Assembly: GCA_013265495.1 (NCBI GenBank)
Contig: MU058868.1
Span: 816,587-880,586 of the forward strand
DNA: 64,000 bases
From: Vicugna vicugna
Lineage: Eukaryota
Reading direction: 5' to 3'
Shown here: positions 60,047 through 64,000 of the stretch, one piece after another
How the letters are laid out: each line of letters starts with the position of its first letter
Numbering within the stretch: position 1 is the first letter of the stretch
Made by a program: the position numbers and the translations under genes
The notes under the pieces: model-generated
Told to the model about the DNA's origin: nothing
The model's database searches: none
Seen by the model: the letters and a program-made list of their open reading frames with translations, nothing else

Positions 60047-60474
60047 TGTATGGGGGCAGCATGAGGGTCTCCAAAGATAGGTCCAAGTCTTGTCTGGGGA
60101 TAGCAACCTGGAGATGTGACCTTACTGGGGCAAAGAGGCTTTGCAGGTGTCCTTCAGTTGAACTCTTGAGGTAGAGAGACAATCTCGAGTTGACCCTACA
60201 TCCAGCGACGAGTGTCCCAGGAAGAGACAGAAAGAAGGCCACAGGACTGTGGAGGCAGAAACTAGGGCGATGCAGGCACTAGCTGGGGGGGTCCCGGACG
60301 CACCAGAAGCAGGAAGAGGCCGGAAGAAGCCCCCTCTAGAGCCTGGCAGGGGGAGAGGGGCGGGGAGGCATGGCCCTGACGACGCCTTGGCTTCAGGCCG
60401 CTGGGGAGGGGAGAGACCACGTTTCCGCCAGCCAGTTTGTGGAATGTGCGATAGCAGCCCTGGGAAGGCACACA
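60047..60474 (+). mobile_element. MaLR solo LTR (MLT1C-like)
   Basis: atgtgaccttactggggcaaagaggctttgcagg, gaaggccaca..ggaggcaga, caccagaagc, ccagtttgtgg...gcagccctgggaa. Confidence 0.85.
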
Positions 60475-61369
60475 GGGCACAAAGTGCCCAGGGGGCAGCC
60501 CGGGCCTGTTGCTGGGGGAAGAGGGGCTCGGCACCCACCCTGTGGGGGAGGAGCAGGGCGCCTGCCCTCCAGCCAGACCCACACAGAAGCTGCGATGCCA
60601 TGTCGGGGTGGGACTCGTGGGGACAGGTGAGAGAAGAGACGGGGGTAGGAACCACACAGACAAAATCCGGCAGCAGCCCGTGACCCCACCATGGGCACTT
60701 CTGCCCAGGAGATAGTCCCAATGGGACACAAAGCAGAAAGCAACCCGCACGAAGACTGATGGAGGAAGCAGAACACCCTTCTCAGGGGTCCAGGAGGGGC
60801 TGTGGGCACTGTCCCGGGAGAGGACCAGAGGGACATGCAGAGCCCTTCCTGGACCTCAAAAGTGTCCTGGGAGAGGCCATCCTTCAGGTGCCAGAAGCCA
60901 GTCTCTCCTCCCTGCCCACCCAGGGATGACTCCTGCCCTGCCTGCCAGCTCCTTCCACAAACGAATCTGGAGGTTAGAGCCCATCCAGTCCCCAACCCCT
61001 CAGCTACCCTGAGGAAGGGGACCAAGGGGGCCAGCAGCCCACACCCATCGTGGCCTATCAAGTCACTGATTAGTTAACTGTTAAGAAACTTCTTAAGAGC
61101 CCTGGGATGGTACCCCTCTAGAGGACCTACTGGGGGTGGCCTGAGGCTGTGCACTGGGGGGGATGTGGTCAGCCCTCTTAGGGTTCAGTGGACCCCTGGT
61201 CAGTCTAGGGGACCTCGGCTTGACCAGAGCAGGCAACGAGGGCAGCATACAGCAGAGGTGCTGACCCATCAAGTGGGCACAGAGGAGTGGGCACGGCCAG
61301 GGTCCTGAGGTCTAGCCTCAGAGGCTGGGGTGTCTCCAGGCTGCACCTGAAGCTTGGGCAGGGAATAAG

Positions 61370-61500
61370 CAGTGGGTCAGGGAGGGGCTTTCATTGTCGA
61401 CTTCACTGATGAGCAAACCGAGTCCCAGAAGCCTCAAGCCAGGTGGGCCAGAGGCACTTGGCTGGGCCAGCCCAGAGCCAGGGTCAGCTTCTCCCCTGTC
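61370..61500 (-). mobile_element. MIR
   Basis: gacttcactgatgagcaaaccgagtcccaga core. Confidence 0.5.
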
Positions 61501-62330
61501 CAGCTCCTGCAGGCCGCCAGCACTCCCCCCCCCGGCTTGCCTGAAAGTGACAGAGGCACTGTCCTCCATGTGAAGGTGGACACAGAAGCCATAGTCACAT
61601 TGGGTCTCCCCACCCTGCAGTGGCCCAGGACCTGGCACCCTCTGGCCAGCTCCCCATGGGCCTTCCTTAGAGCCCTAGGGCTGGCACCCCCTACCAGGAC
61701 CCCCTAGCCCCTTCTCTCCATTCCCATGTCTAGCAAGCACCCAATCTCCAAACTTATTTCGTCCTAGGGCAGTGGGGGTAAGTGAGCCCCTCTGGCAGGG
61801 AACACAGGTCACTTAGCTACACGTGTGCCACAGGCGCTTAATAAATGCGGCGGTGAGCCCATAGATTCTGCGGTTCAGTCCCCTTGTTTTCAACCCCAGG
61901 CGAGCCGGCCGGGCTGTCCTTCGCCCTCAGGCTTTTTGTGCTGCTCACACCTCAGGGCTCAGCCTGCGCAGCTCCTTCTCGGCGAAGCCCCTCTGACAGG
62001 CTCACTGAGACCGCCCCTCTGTATGCCCCCGCCTTCCCCGGCCTGAGCCCCCGGTTGGCAGCCGGGTGGTAACAGGGACCGTGCGCTGTGTAAATAGAGA
62101 CTTACGCTCGGCCTCTCTGTGCGCCCGCCCCACGCGGAGCCGCCCTCCGCGCCAGGTCCAGGGGTGCGATCCCACGCCCTCCGAGACCGCCAGGCGCCCC
62201 CGCCCCCTCTAATCCCCTCCGGGGGCAGGGGCCAGGCGGGCCGCCGCCCCGCCTCCGGACCGCCCCAGGGGAGGGGCGTGTCCCCGCGCCCGAGCGAGCC
62301 GAGGCGGGCGTGGCCGGGGCGGGGCGGGGA

Positions 62331-62482
62331 CGGGCAGCTGGTGCCGAGCGGTCCTGCTCGGCCGGGCGCACGGACCCACCGCAGAGCCGACGGCCGGAGG
62401 GACCGGGCGCAGGCTCTGGACTGGAGGGCAGCGAGCGCGAGCAAGAGCTGCGCTCAGCGAGTCTGGCGCCGGCGGCCGCCAG
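62331..62482 (+). other. FGFR3: FGFR3 non-coding exon 1 (start approximate)
   Basis: cgggcagctggtgccgagcggtcctgctc resembles the human FGFR3 mRNA 5' end; donor CAG|gtcggt at 62483. Confidence 0.85.
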
Positions 62483-62904
62483 GTCGGTGCGACGGGACCC
62501 GGCGGGCGCGAGGGTTCGAGGCAGGCGCGCGGCGGGTCCAGAGCGCGCGGCGAGCTCGGGTCCCGAGCGGTCTCTGCGGCAGGGCCGGCCGGGGCGCGTG
62601 CTTCCCGCTCTGGAAAGTTTGCCGCCGCCGCCGCCGCCGCCCTGGGAGGGCTCTGCAGCAGCCAGGGAGAGAAGGGGGAGGGAGGGACCGCGGCGGGGAG
62701 GCGGTGGCCGGCGCCAGGCGGCCCGGGAGCCCTGGGCGGCGGCGGCGGCGGGCGGGGCGGCCGGGGATCCGAGGAGCCGGGGCGCAGGAGCCGGGCCACT
62801 GCCGTCTCCGCTCCTGCACTCCCCGGCCCGCTGGAGTAACAAGTTGCCCGCCTCCTCCAGCAGACTCTAGCGGCGCCTCCTCCTGCCGGTGCCAGAGCCG
62901 GGCC

Positions 62905-62937
62905 ATGGGGGACAGCATGCCGGCGCGCGCCGCCTGA
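62905..62937 (+). promoter_or_regulatory. FGFR3: u[13 protein letters not shown] in the FGFR3 5' leader (exon 2; exon starts at 62861 or 62864)
   Basis: gccATGg at 62905, in-frame ATG at 62917, TGA at 62935-62937. Confidence 0.8.
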
Positions 62938-62962
62938 AGACGCCGTAACACCCGCCCCCGTG

Positions 62963-63071
62963 ATGGGCGCCCCGGCTTGCGCCCTCGCGTTCTGTGTGGC
63001 CGTGGCAGTTGTGACCAGCGCTGCCTCCGGGTCCCCAGGCATGGAGCAACACGTCGTGCGGAGGGCGGCAG
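62963..63071 (+). CDS. FGFR3: FGFR3 exon 2 coding part (signal peptide); the gene continues beyond the window
   Basis: [37 protein letters not shown]|gtacag; 109 nt, phase 1. Confidence 0.97.
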
Positions 63072-64000
63072 GTACAGAAGGACCCGACGGGTACAGGGGA
63101 GCGGCATGGGGCCCCGGCAGGCAGAGGCGTCGGGGCCCAGGTACCGGCGCCTAGGTGGGTGCGGGGCGCGGGCGATCTGAGCGGGCCCCAGGGCACTCTC
63201 TGGACTGGCACCTCGGGGCCAGCGTTCGGGTTTCTGCCACCCTCCCTCGCCGGGGATGGAGGCCAGAGCTGGCGCGGTAGTTTGTGGGGCGCCTGGGGCC
63301 GCGGGGCTGCCACCCAAGTGGGAGGCTGAGGCGGGGAGCTGGGCATCATGGTGGCGTCCGCACTCCTCGTCCCCCGCTGTTCCCCAGTGGGGCGCAGCCT
63401 GCCCCCATGCACTACTGGGAGGACTGCCGGGTGCTCCGTTTCCACAGTTCCCATTGTTCTGCACCGATAGAAAGTTCCTGTTGTCGGTGTGGCTCCCTCA
63501 GGCCCCTTTCGGGCCCCAGTTCATGGCCGGCTCCGGCCAAAGCGAGAGGCTGAACTTCGGAGGGAGGGTGTGAGAGTACGTCAGCCCGCAGCCCTCAGAG
63601 GCCGCCATGACCAAGTGACACTTTCTAGTGCTTTCGTTACCCCTACCCAGTTCCTGTGTCCTGTGAGTGAAGTTGTCTGCCCCCCAGGGGTGCGCGCCCA
63701 ACGCCAGGAGGGTGCCCGGAGGTGAGAGGGCGATGTCCGAGGGATGTGGAGCCAGGGACCCCAGCTGGTGGTCAAGGTCCGGCGGGACGTCGAGGGTCTG
63801 CGAGGAGGGCCCTTGGGGGCGAGGACAGGGAGGAGCGAAAGCGTGTCTTGGCACCAGGCCCCGCCCCTCACGTGCGCCCGGCCCTGCCCTCGAGATGCAG
63901 AGCGCGTTGCCCCCCCAGCAAGCCCGGCGGAGCGCTCCGGGCGCCGCCGCCCAGGACTCGCGCTGCCAGGCTCCGGACGGCCGGGCGGAGAGGAGAGGCC

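Larger units (their letters stand above)
62100..64000. promoter_or_regulatory. FGFR3: FGFR3 promoter CpG island (GC boxes, G4-forming run at 62316-62334)
   Basis: Very high CpG density; tandem GGGGCGGGGC Sp1 boxes directly before exon 1; FOX-type GTAAATA at 62090. Confidence 0.92.

Noticed and set aside
16500-62000. Hundreds of 60-310 aa intergenic ORFs (e.g. 41429..42346, 56485..57408)
   Set aside because: Low-complexity translations on all six frames, no recognisable family and no consistent exon chain; a small gene cannot be excluded without RNA data
62102-63464. Several 250-336 aa ORFs over the FGFR3 promoter
   Set aside because: Same GC artefact; only 62963-63071 has a protein match and proper splice signals
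1-64000. CRISPR arrays, prokaryotic operons, rRNA or functional tRNA genes
   Set aside because: None seen; the only tRNA-like sequence (21630) has degenerate boxes and a SINE tail

Overview
This is GC-rich mammalian genomic DNA, orthologous to the TMEM129–TACC3–FGFR3 block (human 4p16.3 synteny). It contains the complete TMEM129 gene on the minus strand (4 coding exons, 362 aa). A bidirectional CpG-island promoter separates it from the complete TACC3 gene on the plus strand (16 exons, about 785 aa). A ~46 kb intergenic interval follows, and the window ends in the 5' part of FGFR3 (exon 1, exon 2 with signal peptide, start of intron 2). All inferred introns are GT-AG and the exon phases join into open frames. 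One tRNA-Ala-like SINE resembling camelid Vic-1 suggests a camel, alpaca or llama genome; the other repeats are ancient (MIR, L2, L1M, MLT1). There are no prokaryotic features or CRISPR arrays, and most long ORFs in the track are GC shadow ORFs. I see no new protein-coding system. The most interesting unexplained structure is non-coding: a chain of AT-rich homeodomain/SOX motif islands and orphan CpG islands upstream of FGFR3, including a perfect 17-bp inverted repeat bracketing one island. Also notable are a strong-Kozak uORF in the FGFR3 leader and loss of the Aurora-A S34 site in TACC3. Comparisons with human sequences and repeat consensi are from memory and need alignment to confirm.
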